Position numbers and translations under genes: made by a program. A DNA stretch of 55,411 nucleotides, taken from positions 1-55,411 of IMG/VR virus record IMGVR_UViG_3300021197_001537. The stretch is one strand, 5' to 3'. Below are positions 28,787-38,577 of the stretch, one piece after another (positions within the stretch are counted from its first letter, which is position 1; each line of letters starts with the position of its first letter). A model generated the notes under the pieces. The model worked only from the letters and a program-made list of their open reading frames with translations, had not been told where the DNA came from and made no database searches. Origin of the DNA: a virus (lineage: Duplodnaviria; Caudoviricetes).

Positions 28787-31700
28787 TGGCTATTAAACAA
28801 GAAGATTTATTAGGAATGCTTGTTCCAAGCGTCGACATAACAAGGGTAACAATAGAGACGAGCAGACCATCTGGTCTTTCAGTGACAGTGAATCTGTCTG
28901 CCTATGACGTTATAGAAAAGGACAAAATCAGCCGCTGGTTCGCTCAAGAGGACTTTGCAAGGTTCATAAAGGTAGCTCTTTTTCAAGCATCTTCAAAAAC
29001 GGCAAGAGCTATTGTGAATCCAGCAATGACTCTGACTACGGCACAAAACATCATCGACTTTACAGAAAGGGAAGACATCAAGGTTGTAACCTATTCAATG
29101 AACGAAGTCTTGCCAAGCGAAGAGGATTACTTTGATAATTCAGTAAGAACAATTCAGAGTGATGGAACTTCATTTCACGAGTTTGTTTTCTCTGAAACGT
29201 TTAAACTAGATGAAGAGCCAGAAGAGCTTAATTACGCAGCCTTTGCATACATCGACATTCAAGAGATGGAAGACTTCTTCAACGTAGAGCTTATGTCAAT
29301 GCTTCAGCAAGAAGAGTCTGCTAGACAAAATGGCAAGGTCTCTTATGAAGAAGTGATAAGAAATAGAGAAACGGTTTCAACTTCAGTTGTTTATTTAACA
29401 AAAGAAGGGGAAGTTTGGAACGGACCAAAACATCCAAGGGATGGGCAATGGTTTGCAGGGACACGAAAAGCAGGTAACGACCTTATCGAAAATGGAAGCT
29501 TTCCAGAACCTCTGACAACAAAAAGAGTTCCTAACGCAAAGATTCAAGACTTTAGAATACTAGAGAGAGCAAATAAGCTAGAAATTGACGAAACTTTATT
29601 TCACAATGCCTTATCGGAAATCGCAATAGCAGACCAGTCAAGTGTCGAAACATTAAGACAGACTTTCTATTCTGACGTTTGGCTGACAAGGGGCTTGCCT
29701 GGCGAAGCAAGATTTATGTTTGCGATTGATATGGCAACTATGATTCGAAAACTTGGTCACTATGGTAAGATACTAGACAAGATGGATTCGGCGTCACAAC
29801 AACGACTTTTATCTTATTCTAAAATAAGAACAATGAAGCTTCTGAGAAAGCGTGTTCGCAATGTCGAAACCTTAAACTCTTTGGGAACACCCTACGGAGG
29901 TAAAGTAGACTTTGAAAGAAATCAGGAAATAGAAGTTATTGCTTTTACTGGACAAATAGACGACAAGCTCGTCGAAGTTTCTGATGAAAAAGGTTCAATA
30001 AGAGAATCGAGCATTTCACTTGACACCAATAACACTGGCGTCCGATTCTTTACTGGAACTGATAAAAGCATTATAGACATAACAGACGGTCTTTACCAAT
30101 ACGGAATAGAGATTGATTTTATTGATGGAACAAGACAGTTTCTACAGGATATTATTGACGAGCTTTCAATAAGTAGGCACGACCTGTCTTCTATTCTTGC
30201 AAGGGTCGAGGCACCCGCTATGAAGCAAGACTATCTTTACAACCCCAACCTTAATAGATTCGAAGAGGATTTTGCATTCACACCTATAGAGAGGCAGAAC
30301 ATTTCACGCTCTCTAATTTTATACAACAGGGTGTTATCTATTTTCGGAAAGACAACCTTTATTCCACTTTTGCGACTTATCGCAGAGACACCATCTTTTA
30401 TTAGATTTATGGTTGAGGTCTTCGACCTTTTGATTGCAAAGCTTTCGACCACAATTGAAGTCTCAATAGACCAAAACTCAAAATCTAAAATTGGCTCTGG
30501 CTTAAAGTTTATTATAACTGACAAAAAGTTCTTTGCAAATGCAACATTTGACTCTAACATAGAAAAGGGCAATGGCTTAGACTTCTTGACCAATCCAGAA
30601 GATGCAGGTCAAATCGACGGCGAGATTTTAGAAATCTCCGAAGAGCAAAAGAATACGACTGGTCTTAAAATAGTTGATGCAGGAGAATGGGAAAAGAGAT
30701 TGAATTTGGAGTTAGAAAAGTTCTTCACATCAAAGACACCAGAGGCTACTTTTCCAAAAAAGAATTCCAAATCGCTAGAGCCAGATTCACCAGTTGACTT
30801 TTCTGGACCAAGTTCAGCTTTTATGACACCTACTATTATAAAGAAAAGCAGGATTACTATTCCAAGTGTTTTGGATAATAATGACCAGCAAAAGAAAAAG
30901 GAAGATAGAATGGTTCAATTTAAGGACAATTCAGGCAATGCTCTTGATAATAACATCTTCTCTTCTTTTGGAATTTCTTTTAACCCACCCTCAAGCAGCA
31001 CTCTGGAATCCGACACCAATGATGTTCGAATTGAAAACGTTGCTAGTTGTTTTGGAATTGACGAAAATAGGGAAACAGGCATCGACCCTGTTGAGGGCTG
31101 GGAGGAAGTTGATGGTCGAATAATCTCTTTAGGTCGTAGTGAAAGTCTGGAGGACCAATACACGACTTCTACAGGAGCTTGTGAAGAAGGTGAAGACTCT
31201 GAACAAACTTCTCAGTCTTCTCCCGCATCTATTGTCTATGACCTGATGAGAGAGACAATTATTAATGTAGGAATTCAGAAGTCATCCCCAGGAGGCTTGC
31301 TATCAGAGTCTGACTTGCGAAGAGTCTATTCGAGCATCGATAACTTAAAGCCACCAACTAGAGAGAATCTTAAGTTCGCACCCCTACAGATTCAGTCTTT
31401 GTTTCCAGAGTTTGAAAGCCAGTCTTTAGCCAAGGGCTTTGAACTCACTGGACCAAAATTCAGAGTGAATTACTCATTCCTTGCAAAGATTGACTACTTA
31501 AAAAACTTTGGTGACAATGAAGTTGTATTCGACAATGAAAGAGAGAGGAAGAATTACAAGCAGATAAAGGAGCCAGTTTGGGAAAGTCTTAGTAAGAGAA
31601 CGTTCTTGACTGTTGCTGGAGAGGAAATCCTTTGTAGACTAAAACTTACAACAATTGAAGAGTTGGGAATTAAAGTTTCAGACCCGTTTAAATCTTTACC

Positions 31701-32118
31701 AGTCTACGACGCTTATTTTATTCTCAAACCACCTGTGACGAGAATTAATGCACAGTTGTTACAGGAGCCAGAAGAATTAGAGGTTCAAGGTATCCAAGAG
31801 GAGGAAGTTCTGGTCGGCTCTGTTAATTCTGGATTGATAAGCTCACTCAAAGACCTTAAGATGACTTTAGAACAAGAAGACCGAGAGTTAGAATCTGAGA
31901 GAATGTCATTATTGAGACTGATTGGTGAAATAAAAAGAGACCCAAACAATTATCTTCAACGAACTGATTTAAGAAGCATAAGAGGAGACCTACCTCTTAG
32001 GGAAGATGTTGAGGCAAGAATAAACCTCCTAGAGGGAAGAATCAGCACTATTGACAGAAGAAGAAGAGAAATAAGGGACGAACTCGCAGAGCCTAAATTT
32101 GACCTATTATCTCTGTAG
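28786..32118 (+). CDS. Large hypothetical structural protein (1110 aa)
   Basis: Long ORF in the tail cluster; C-terminal coiled coil. Confidence 0.6.
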   Translation: MAIKQEDLLGMLVPSVDITRVTIETSRPSGLSVTVNLSAYDVIEKDKISRWFAQEDFARFIKVALFQASSKTARAIVNPAMTLTTAQNIIDFTEREDIKVVTYSMNEVLPSEEDYFDNSVRTIQSDGTSFHEFVFSETFKLDEEPEELNYAAFAYIDIQEMEDFFNVELMSMLQQEESARQNGKVSYEEVIRNRETVSTSVVYLTKEGEVWNGPKHPRDGQWFAGTRKAGNDLIENGSFPEPLTTKRVPNAKIQDFRILERANKLEIDETLFHNALSEIAIADQSSVETLRQTFYSDVWLTRGLPGEARFMFAIDMATMIRKLGHYGKILDKMDSASQQRLLSYSKIRTMKLLRKRVRNVETLNSLGTPYGGKVDFERNQEIEVIAFTGQIDDKLVEVSDEKGSIRESSISLDTNNTGVRFFTGTDKSIIDITDGLYQYGIEIDFIDGTRQFLQDIIDELSISRHDLSSILARVEAPAMKQDYLYNPNLNRFEEDFAFTPIERQNISRSLILYNRVLSIFGKTTFIPLLRLIAETPSFIRFMVEVFDLLIAKLSTTIEVSIDQNSKSKIGSGLKFIITDKKFFANATFDSNIEKGNGLDFLTNPEDAGQIDGEILEISEEQKNTTGLKIVDAGEWEKRLNLELEKFFTSKTPEATFPKKNSKSLEPDSPVDFSGPSSAFMTPTIIKKSRITIPSVLDNNDQQKKKEDRMVQFKDNSGNALDNNIFSSFGISFNPPSSSTLESDTNDVRIENVASCFGIDENRETGIDPVEGWEEVDGRIISLGRSESLEDQYTTSTGACEEGEDSEQTSQSSPASIVYDLMRETIINVGIQKSSPGGLLSESDLRRVYSSIDNLKPPTRENLKFAPLQIQSLFPEFESQSLAKGFELTGPKFRVNYSFLAKIDYLKNFGDNEVVFDNERERKNYKQIKEPVWESLSKRTFLTVAGEEILCRLKLTTIEELGIKVSDPFKSLPVYDAYFILKPPVTRINAQLLQEPEELEVQGIQEEEVLVGSVNSGLISSLKDLKMTLEQEDRELESERMSLLRLIGEIKRDPNNYLQRTDLRSIRGDLPLREDVEARINLLEGRISTIDRRRREIRDELAEPKFDLLSL

Positions 32119-32122
32119 AAAG

Positions 32123-32130
32123 ACTATTTA
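32123..32130 (+). promoter_or_regulatory. Putative late promoter ACTATTTA
   Basis: Intergenic recurrent motif 18 nt before the ATG at 32149. Confidence 0.55.
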
Positions 32131-32148
32131 CAGAGAAGGAAATAAAAA

Positions 32149-34515
32149 ATGAACATTATTGACATTAGAGGGAAAAAGATAAAGCAGACCAATAGCAGGG
32201 TTGTAAAAGACTATCTTGCAACAGGTGCAAACAATCTCAACAGAATTACGTTTGGAAACCCTATCTTTATTGTAGATTCTCAAAACGCACTACCAAATTA
32301 CGATAAATCAAAACCACTCACAGATAGGCAGTCGAAAGAAGTTGACCCTATAAGATATCTCGCAGCAGCATTTTGGGCAAGAAACGATGACGGTTCAATC
32401 TATTTCGCATCTGACGATAAAGAAGTGAGTGATAAGGTCTTTATCTCATTTAAGGAAGAAGGTAGGGAGCTTAAGACAGACGCTGACGGTTCCTACTATG
32501 AAGAGACTTATAGAATCATTACTGACAATGGAGACGACATTTTCGCTTCAGAGCAGTCTTTAGATGAAGAAATTTCTTCTAAAACCTTTGTAGACCACGC
32601 TTGTGACTTCGACACGCTCATTGACAAGAAAATAGCAGACCAGAGAGACTCGCACATTCAAACAGCCTATGCTGAAGTTAAGTCTGATTACAATTATTAT
32701 ATCAAAGGCTACGAAGATTCAATCGGAGTTGAGCAAATTCCAGAAAAAGGTCTTCCAAACCTCTATGCTTTCTATGAAGCAGATGAAACTACAAACGAGA
32801 CTCTTGAAGACTTCTTAACCATCGGCGGTAACATCGAGCAAAAGAGAGTTAGCGGTTTTCGATTCAAGAAAATAAGAGAAGCATCGGGAACAACAATCGA
32901 GAGAAGAGTTAGACCTGTTGCTAGATATTTTGAATCTTGGTCGAATGGTGTCGGTTTTTGGATAAAGAGCGACAACTACAGTGAGACACTTTCCAAATTC
33001 ACCAATCTTGTTTTCTCACAAAAGGACGTAAGGGACTTAAAAGACATTAACGAGAGCAAAGAGTTGATGCCAATGTTTGTAGACATAAGTTTTTCTACAG
33101 ACGCAAACGCTCAATTGAATGCAGCCCTTGACGAGCTAAAGCTTGCAACAAAGTTACAACAGGACGTCGCAGAGGCAACGCTGAACGCAGAGTTAATAAA
33201 CCTTCCTGTGTTTGAGGCTCAAACTCAAATGTCAGAACAGTCTGGTCTACCAGAGGTTTTATCTGGCACTGACACAAAGAGGATTTATGACCTCGGTAAA
33301 TGGCTGAAGAACTACACTGAACTTTCCTCTGGTGAAAACTCTATAGCCTTTAGAGATGAAGACCAGAAGCCTGATGACCCAAGGTTTGAGTTCTTTTATA
33401 ACTTAATGTCTTTAATCGGCAAGTCAAAGGTAGACGACATCGTAAAGAACAACTTGAGGTCATTTCAAGACCTCTTGGTTGGAAATAAGTGCTACAACGA
33501 AACAGTCTTCTATAGAATAGATAAGCAAGATGCTGCCGACAACCAAAATGCAGCACCAATTCAGTCCTTTTATCTCTCTAATCTCGGAGACTTAAAAGAC
33601 TTGCATTATGTGGACACACAAGTTAAATATGGCAAATCTTATGTTTATAAAATCTATTCAATGAATTTGATTGTTGGTTCGTCCTACAGATATGAAAGAC
33701 TTCGAGACGGCGCACTTAAGATTATAACAAGACCATCGCTACAGTTGATGGAGATTCCAATCTTCAGTAAAGAAACAATGGTTATGGATAATCCACCTAT
33801 CGCACCTGACATCGACATCATTCCATTCCGTGGAGTTAATAATAAGTTAAGGTTGGCTCTCAATTCTGGAACTGGAAGATATGATATGCATCCAGTGATT
33901 ATTCAAGAATTGGAACAGGACCAGATAAACAAGTTCAGAATAGCACAGGACTTATCCCCTGAAGACAAGATAAGATATGAGACAGATGACAAGGTTGATG
34001 ACTTTATCATCTATCGCCTTGACAGAGAGCCAAGGTCTTATAAAGACTTTCAAGAAGGTGTTATACGAGAAATAAGCACTCTTCGTGCTTCTTCAGCATC
34101 TACTAATGACACAATTATACCAAACAAGAAATACTACTACTGTGTTAAGGCTATTGACGTTCATGGACACTACTCTTATCCTACAGTTGTTTATCAGGCA
34201 GAAATCGTAGATGATGCAGGTTCGGTTTATCCGATAATAAACACTTTTGAATTTAGAGAACCAGATGTTAAACAGCCTACTGTTGGAATTAAAAGATTTC
34301 TTCACATCGAACCAACGACATCGAACACTTTTGTTAATTATGAAAAGTCTGGGATTACTGGAGGTAGGGAAGTAAAGCCAGGACAAAAGGTGATTCTCGG
34401 AACAACAGCAGACCCAGTGTGGGGAAAGAAGTTTAAAGTTAGGTTGACATCGAAATCAACTGGCAAGAAAATTGACTTTAACTTAGAATATGATTACGAG
34501 GCAGAAAAGCAATAA
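32149..34515 (+). CDS. Structural protein with fibronectin type III-like domains
   Basis: YVDTQVKYGKSYVYKIY and FIIYRLD...DTIIPNKKYYYCVKAIDVHGHYS are FN3-like. Confidence 0.6.
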   Translation: MNIIDIRGKKIKQTNSRVVKDYLATGANNLNRITFGNPIFIVDSQNALPNYDKSKPLTDRQSKEVDPIRYLAAAFWARNDDGSIYFASDDKEVSDKVFISFKEEGRELKTDADGSYYEETYRIITDNGDDIFASEQSLDEEISSKTFVDHACDFDTLIDKKIADQRDSHIQTAYAEVKSDYNYYIKGYEDSIGVEQIPEKGLPNLYAFYEADETTNETLEDFLTIGGNIEQKRVSGFRFKKIREASGTTIERRVRPVARYFESWSNGVGFWIKSDNYSETLSKFTNLVFSQKDVRDLKDINESKELMPMFVDISFSTDANAQLNAALDELKLATKLQQDVAEATLNAELINLPVFEAQTQMSEQSGLPEVLSGTDTKRIYDLGKWLKNYTELSSGENSIAFRDEDQKPDDPRFEFFYNLMSLIGKSKVDDIVKNNLRSFQDLLVGNKCYNETVFYRIDKQDAADNQNAAPIQSFYLSNLGDLKDLHYVDTQVKYGKSYVYKIYSMNLIVGSSYRYERLRDGALKIITRPSLQLMEIPIFSKETMVMDNPPIAPDIDIIPFRGVNNKLRLALNSGTGRYDMHPVIIQELEQDQINKFRIAQDLSPEDKIRYETDDKVDDFIIYRLDREPRSYKDFQEGVIREISTLRASSASTNDTIIPNKKYYYCVKAIDVHGHYSYPTVVYQAEIVDDAGSVYPIINTFEFREPDVKQPTVGIKRFLHIEPTTSNTFVNYEKSGITGGREVKPGQKVILGTTADPVWGKKFKVRLTSKSTGKKIDFNLEYDYEAEKQ

Positions 34516-34554
34516 CATAATTTTTTATGTTTGAGGCTTTAAATCAATAACGAA

Positions 34555-34562
34555 ACTAATTA
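34555..34562 (+). promoter_or_regulatory. Putative late promoter ACTAATTA
   Basis: Intergenic recurrent motif before GGAGG and the ATG at 34584. Confidence 0.55.
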
Positions 34563-34583
34563 TAATGCGGAGGACAGAATAAA

Positions 34584-35522
34584 ATGGCATTTTTAGATAA
34601 TTCAGGCGACATCATTCTTGACGCAGTTTTAACTGACACAGGTAGAATGAGATTAGCAAAAGGCGACGGAACTTTCAAGATTGTAAAGTTTGCTCTTAGT
34701 GATGATGAGATTGACTACGAGCTTTTCAATAAGTCTCACCCAAGCGGTTCAGCATATTACGATTTAGAGATTATGCAGACTCCTGTTTTGGAGGCTTTCA
34801 CAAACAACGCTTCTACAATGAAGCACAAGTTGATTTCTTTTCCTAGAACGAATCTGCTTTATCTTCCAACGATAAAACTTAGTGAGACTTTCGCAAATCA
34901 CACACGTGTAACTCAGGCTAGTCCTGCGCCAACTGGTGTTTTTGTCGTTGCAGTTGACGAGACGACTTTGACTGAGATAACTGGGGAAGACAACATTTGC
35001 CCTAACACAGGCGTTCTCGACGGTGAAGCCGCAAGCGAAGGAAACTACATTAGAGTAGACCAGGGAATTGACTCATTGGGCAAGCCATCACCAGCCTTAG
35101 CTTTGGACAGCGACCTTGTTGAGACCCAATACATTATTCAAATCGACGACCGCTTTGGTAAGATTGTCAGCCAAGCAGACGGCGCAAAAGAAGCCACTGT
35201 TTCTTTTAAGGACGATGACAACATCGCAAGCTACTATCTTTCATTAAACACTGACACGGAATTTGTTTTTAATAATAGTAACAAATTGGTCACAGACGCC
35301 CAAGCAATCTCTGGACCAAGAGGAACTTATTTACAGTTTAGGGTCCAGTCATCACTTGATTTAAACACAAGCACATTCCTTTTTCAGGAACTTGGTGGAA
35401 GCGCAACGATGACAATCAACTCAAAAAAATACTACTACATCGACTCCAATGTAAGAGTCACAGGCGCAACAACAGGAAGAAGCATTGACATCCCTGTTCG
35501 TTTTACAAAATTTTACACTTAA
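34584..35522 (+). CDS. Putative tail/baseplate structural protein (tail-collar-like N-terminus)
   Basis: MAFLDNSGDIILDAVLTDTGRMRLA...FALSDDEIDY; strong RBS. Confidence 0.65.
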   Translation: MAFLDNSGDIILDAVLTDTGRMRLAKGDGTFKIVKFALSDDEIDYELFNKSHPSGSAYYDLEIMQTPVLEAFTNNASTMKHKLISFPRTNLLYLPTIKLSETFANHTRVTQASPAPTGVFVVAVDETTLTEITGEDNICPNTGVLDGEAASEGNYIRVDQGIDSLGKPSPALALDSDLVETQYIIQIDDRFGKIVSQADGAKEATVSFKDDDNIASYYLSLNTDTEFVFNNSNKLVTDAQAISGPRGTYLQFRVQSSLDLNTSTFLFQELGGSATMTINSKKYYYIDSNVRVTGATTGRSIDIPVRFTKFYT

Positions 35523-35536
35523 GAGGATAACATAAA

Positions 35537-36757
35537 ATGGCATCAACATTCAAAACATTTTTAAATGACGATATCGCAACTACGAGAACATTGCTTCACG
35601 AGGCGATTCCGATTACAGGTTCTATTATTTACGGAACCTACGGTGTAGCACCCGCAGCAGAGACTCATATCAAGAAGTTTGCACACGGAATGTTCCAGTC
35701 AGTTTATGATTATCCTTTCTTAAGTTCTTCAGCAAATCACATCTTTGACGTAACCCACGCACACAACTCTGTTTTTCAAGCACAGGGTGTAACTGGAACT
35801 AAATCAGATAGTTCAACTTACGACGGTGCATCGCAGTTGGGAGCCATTAGCACGCATCCTTTCTTCAAGAAGAGAAAGAACATTTACGGACAGATGGCTC
35901 AGGTGCTTGTGGGTCACGATGTCACAGGTGGTGTTCAAGACTTTGACCAAGACGGCGACTTACTATCATTAATCGGCTCTAAATATAACTGCTTGATTTT
36001 CATGAACTTTGCAAGACTTCTTGGAAAAGATGAAATCAAAAAGGGTTCATTCGAAATCAAGATTGGAACAGAACAAGCTCACAGCGACACTGCTGGCGAC
36101 ATGAATGACAATCTTTTGACAATTAAGGATGATGGAGCAGCAACTGATTACAAGGTTAATTCACCAGCAGGCGAATATGGAATCCTTAAAATCACTGGTG
36201 ACTCAAATGTCACTGGCGGCGGTCCTTCAACCCAGCCCGCTTATGACCCCAAGTGTGGTTTGATTTTTTATCAAGCAGGTGTTGTCGCTTTAACACCAGA
36301 CCTATTTATGGGCTTTGTTTCGAACGTTTATAATATGGGCAAGATTACAAACGCTTCAGGCGGTCTAGGCGATGACGGAGTAGATGCTTATATGAATGGC
36401 TCTAACCAGAACATTCTTGCCCTTTTAAACGACAATGCCAAAACAATGGACGACGTTGCACTTGCTTTCCGACAGAGAATCGAGAAGGTTTGTTTCAATA
36501 ACACAACAGAACTTAACTCAACAATTTACTTTTGCAGAGTCTCTCACAACGACTTCAACTACAGTTCTAATCCAACTTACTTGTCCAATAGCAGGGTTAG
36601 AGTTAAAAATGAGGAGAATGATAGTCCAATCTCCTACATTACTTCAGTAGGTCTTTACTCATCAGACAACGAGCTACTCGCAGTTGCCAAACTCTCAGAG
36701 CCTCTTCGCAAAGACATAACGAACGACATGACCCTTCGAGTTCGATTGGACTACTAA
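35537..36757 (+). CDS. Putative tail/baseplate structural protein
   Basis: C-terminal NYSSNPTY...YITSVGLYSSDNELLAVAKLSEPLRKD...VRLDY; paralogous to the next gene. Confidence 0.65.
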   Translation: MASTFKTFLNDDIATTRTLLHEAIPITGSIIYGTYGVAPAAETHIKKFAHGMFQSVYDYPFLSSSANHIFDVTHAHNSVFQAQGVTGTKSDSSTYDGASQLGAISTHPFFKKRKNIYGQMAQVLVGHDVTGGVQDFDQDGDLLSLIGSKYNCLIFMNFARLLGKDEIKKGSFEIKIGTEQAHSDTAGDMNDNLLTIKDDGAATDYKVNSPAGEYGILKITGDSNVTGGGPSTQPAYDPKCGLIFYQAGVVALTPDLFMGFVSNVYNMGKITNASGGLGDDGVDAYMNGSNQNILALLNDNAKTMDDVALAFRQRIEKVCFNNTTELNSTIYFCRVSHNDFNYSSNPTYLSNSRVRVKNEENDSPISYITSVGLYSSDNELLAVAKLSEPLRKDITNDMTLRVRLDY

Positions 36758-36762
36758 TCCGC

Positions 36763-36770
36763 ACTAAATA
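36763..36770 (+). promoter_or_regulatory. Putative late promoter ACTAAATA (T4-late-like TAAATA)
   Basis: Intergenic, upstream of the GTG at 36784. Confidence 0.55.
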
Positions 36771-36783
36771 GAGAGGGAGAAAA

Positions 36784-38007
36784 GTGTCTTTATATAAGTT
36801 TGAGCAAAATGACGTTTTTAAAAACAGAATAAAGACACACCCTCGCATTGGCTTTGTGATTAGTGATAAGAAGACTTATTACAATCGTGATATTCTTCCT
36901 ATCAACACCTTTGCCGTAGGCGACGAGACTATTCAACAAACAGAGCAGGGTGACTTAAGCCTTTACGAGTTGAACATCAACAGGGATGCTTCTACGCACA
37001 GTCCACCAACACAAGAGAGTTTAATCTATCCGTTCATAACAAAACAGGGTTCTTTGACGTCATTTAAGACCATCTCTACAGAAACGTTTCAGACCTATTC
37101 TTATGGAGATGAAATTAGAGGTCAATATCCTCTATCCTCGTCAATCGATGTTGAATATCAGGCTGCCTCCACTACGGACAGACCACACATCAAGGCTCTA
37201 AAAAACACATTCAATTATTATAGACCTTTAAGTCCGCATTATGCTTACGAGTCTTCCAATGCCGTAGGAACTTGGGACAAAGCAACACAAGAGATAAAAT
37301 TAGTTTCCATTCCTTCTATCTTTTATGGCTCTTCGATAAAGAAGGGTTCTGTAGACATGAAGTTTTATATCACAGGCTCTCTTGTAGGGAGACTTCAAGA
37401 TTCTAATCAGAATGGAGAATTGATTCAAACGTTGCCGAATGATGCGAATGTTAATAAGGTTGCGGGAACTGTTCTCTACAACGAAGGCTTCGTAGCTCTG
37501 ACTGGCTCTTGGGATTTGTCAAGCACCTACACAGATGAATTCTTATTCAGTGGCGTCAACATCGCACCCAAGTGGACGCTTTGGGGTCAAAAGTTTTTAG
37601 CTGCCGACCCAACCGCAGCAGCATTTTGCCCTTCATCTTCTTGGACAATCGACTGTGAGGGAACGAACTATGTTCCTGTTATTACGATGTTGGCTCACGC
37701 TAAAATGGGAGACCTCAATCACTCAAACAACCCGACTTACGTAAAACCTTCAGCCGACCAAGACGTCGAAGTTTGCGTAGATGTTGAACACGACGTTGAT
37801 TACTATGAGAATGATAAGAGAGAATTAGCAAACGTTGTTAAATCACCTTATCCAAATACCTCAGGTTCGTTTGAGAAAACAACCTACATTTCCAAGGTCG
37901 GCGTTTACGACGAGAATAAAAACCTAATCGCCATTGCAAAACTAGCAACACCAGTAAAGAAGACTATTTCGAGAGAATACACCTTCAAGATGAAAGTAGA
38001 CTTTTAA
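36784..38007 (+). CDS. Putative tail/baseplate structural protein, paralogue of 35537..36757
   Basis: Shared IKKGS, G-x2-(F/L)Y-x2-G and NHSNNPTY...YISKVGVYDENKNLIAIAKLATPVKK...KVDF. Confidence 0.65.
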   Translation: MSLYKFEQNDVFKNRIKTHPRIGFVISDKKTYYNRDILPINTFAVGDETIQQTEQGDLSLYELNINRDASTHSPPTQESLIYPFITKQGSLTSFKTISTETFQTYSYGDEIRGQYPLSSSIDVEYQAASTTDRPHIKALKNTFNYYRPLSPHYAYESSNAVGTWDKATQEIKLVSIPSIFYGSSIKKGSVDMKFYITGSLVGRLQDSNQNGELIQTLPNDANVNKVAGTVLYNEGFVALTGSWDLSSTYTDEFLFSGVNIAPKWTLWGQKFLAADPTAAAFCPSSSWTIDCEGTNYVPVITMLAHAKMGDLNHSNNPTYVKPSADQDVEVCVDVEHDVDYYENDKRELANVVKSPYPNTSGSFEKTTYISKVGVYDENKNLIAIAKLATPVKKTISREYTFKMKVDF

Positions 38008-38523
38008 TTGATTTTAGGACTAGACATTTCCACTAGCATTACAGGCATTACTTTACTCGACGACAACGGAGAGGTAAAGGTTATGAATGCTATCGACACA
38101 AGAAAATATAAAAACTTTTTCCAAAAAGCAGAAGCAGTCAAAAAAGTCTTGACAGACTTGTCCAATTCCTATAAAGTAGAAGAAATCTTTATAGAGCAGT
38201 CTCTGCAATCTTTCCGTTCAGGCTTCTCTTCAGCAAAAACGCTTTCAACCCTTTCTCGCTTCAATGGGATTGTAAGCTGGATGTGCTATTCCTTATGGAA
38301 CCTTGAACCTCAATACCTCGCAGCAACTTCTGCGAGAAAGCTTTGCGGAATAAAGATTCCAAAGGGCGAAAAAGCAAAACCAGTTGTTTTACAATATGTA
38401 CTTGACAACGAGCCTACTTTCGTGGTAGAATATACAAAACACGGAAACCCCAAGCCTGACTCCTTCGACAGAGCAGATAGTTGGGTTATAGCAAAAGCAG
38501 GTTTTTTTCAAAAAACCGCTTGA
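38008..38523 (+). CDS. ruvC: RuvC-like Holliday junction resolvase
   Basis: ILGLDISTSITG, IFIEQ and DRADS acidic catalytic pattern; TTG start. Confidence 0.8.
   Translation: MILGLDISTSITGITLLDDNGEVKVMNAIDTRKYKNFFQKAEAVKKVLTDLSNSYKVEEIFIEQSLQSFRSGFSSAKTLSTLSRFNGIVSWMCYSLWNLEPQYLAATSARKLCGIKIPKGEKAKPVVLQYVLDNEPTFVVEYTKHGNPKPDSFDRADSWVIAKAGFFQKTA
38402..38431 (+). promoter_or_regulatory. sigma70-type promoter inside ruvC, upstream of primase
   Basis: TTGACA-18 nt-TAGAAT with an extended -10 TG. Confidence 0.55.
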
Positions 38524-38548
38524 CTTATCATTTCTATTCTGTTATTGT
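38520..38548 (+). promoter_or_regulatory. sigma70-type promoter upstream of primase
   Basis: TTGACT-17 nt-TATTGT with an extended -10 TG, 29 nt before the start. Confidence 0.5.
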
Positions 38549-38577
38549 GTGAGAGAATAAAAGAAGGTTTGTAAAAC

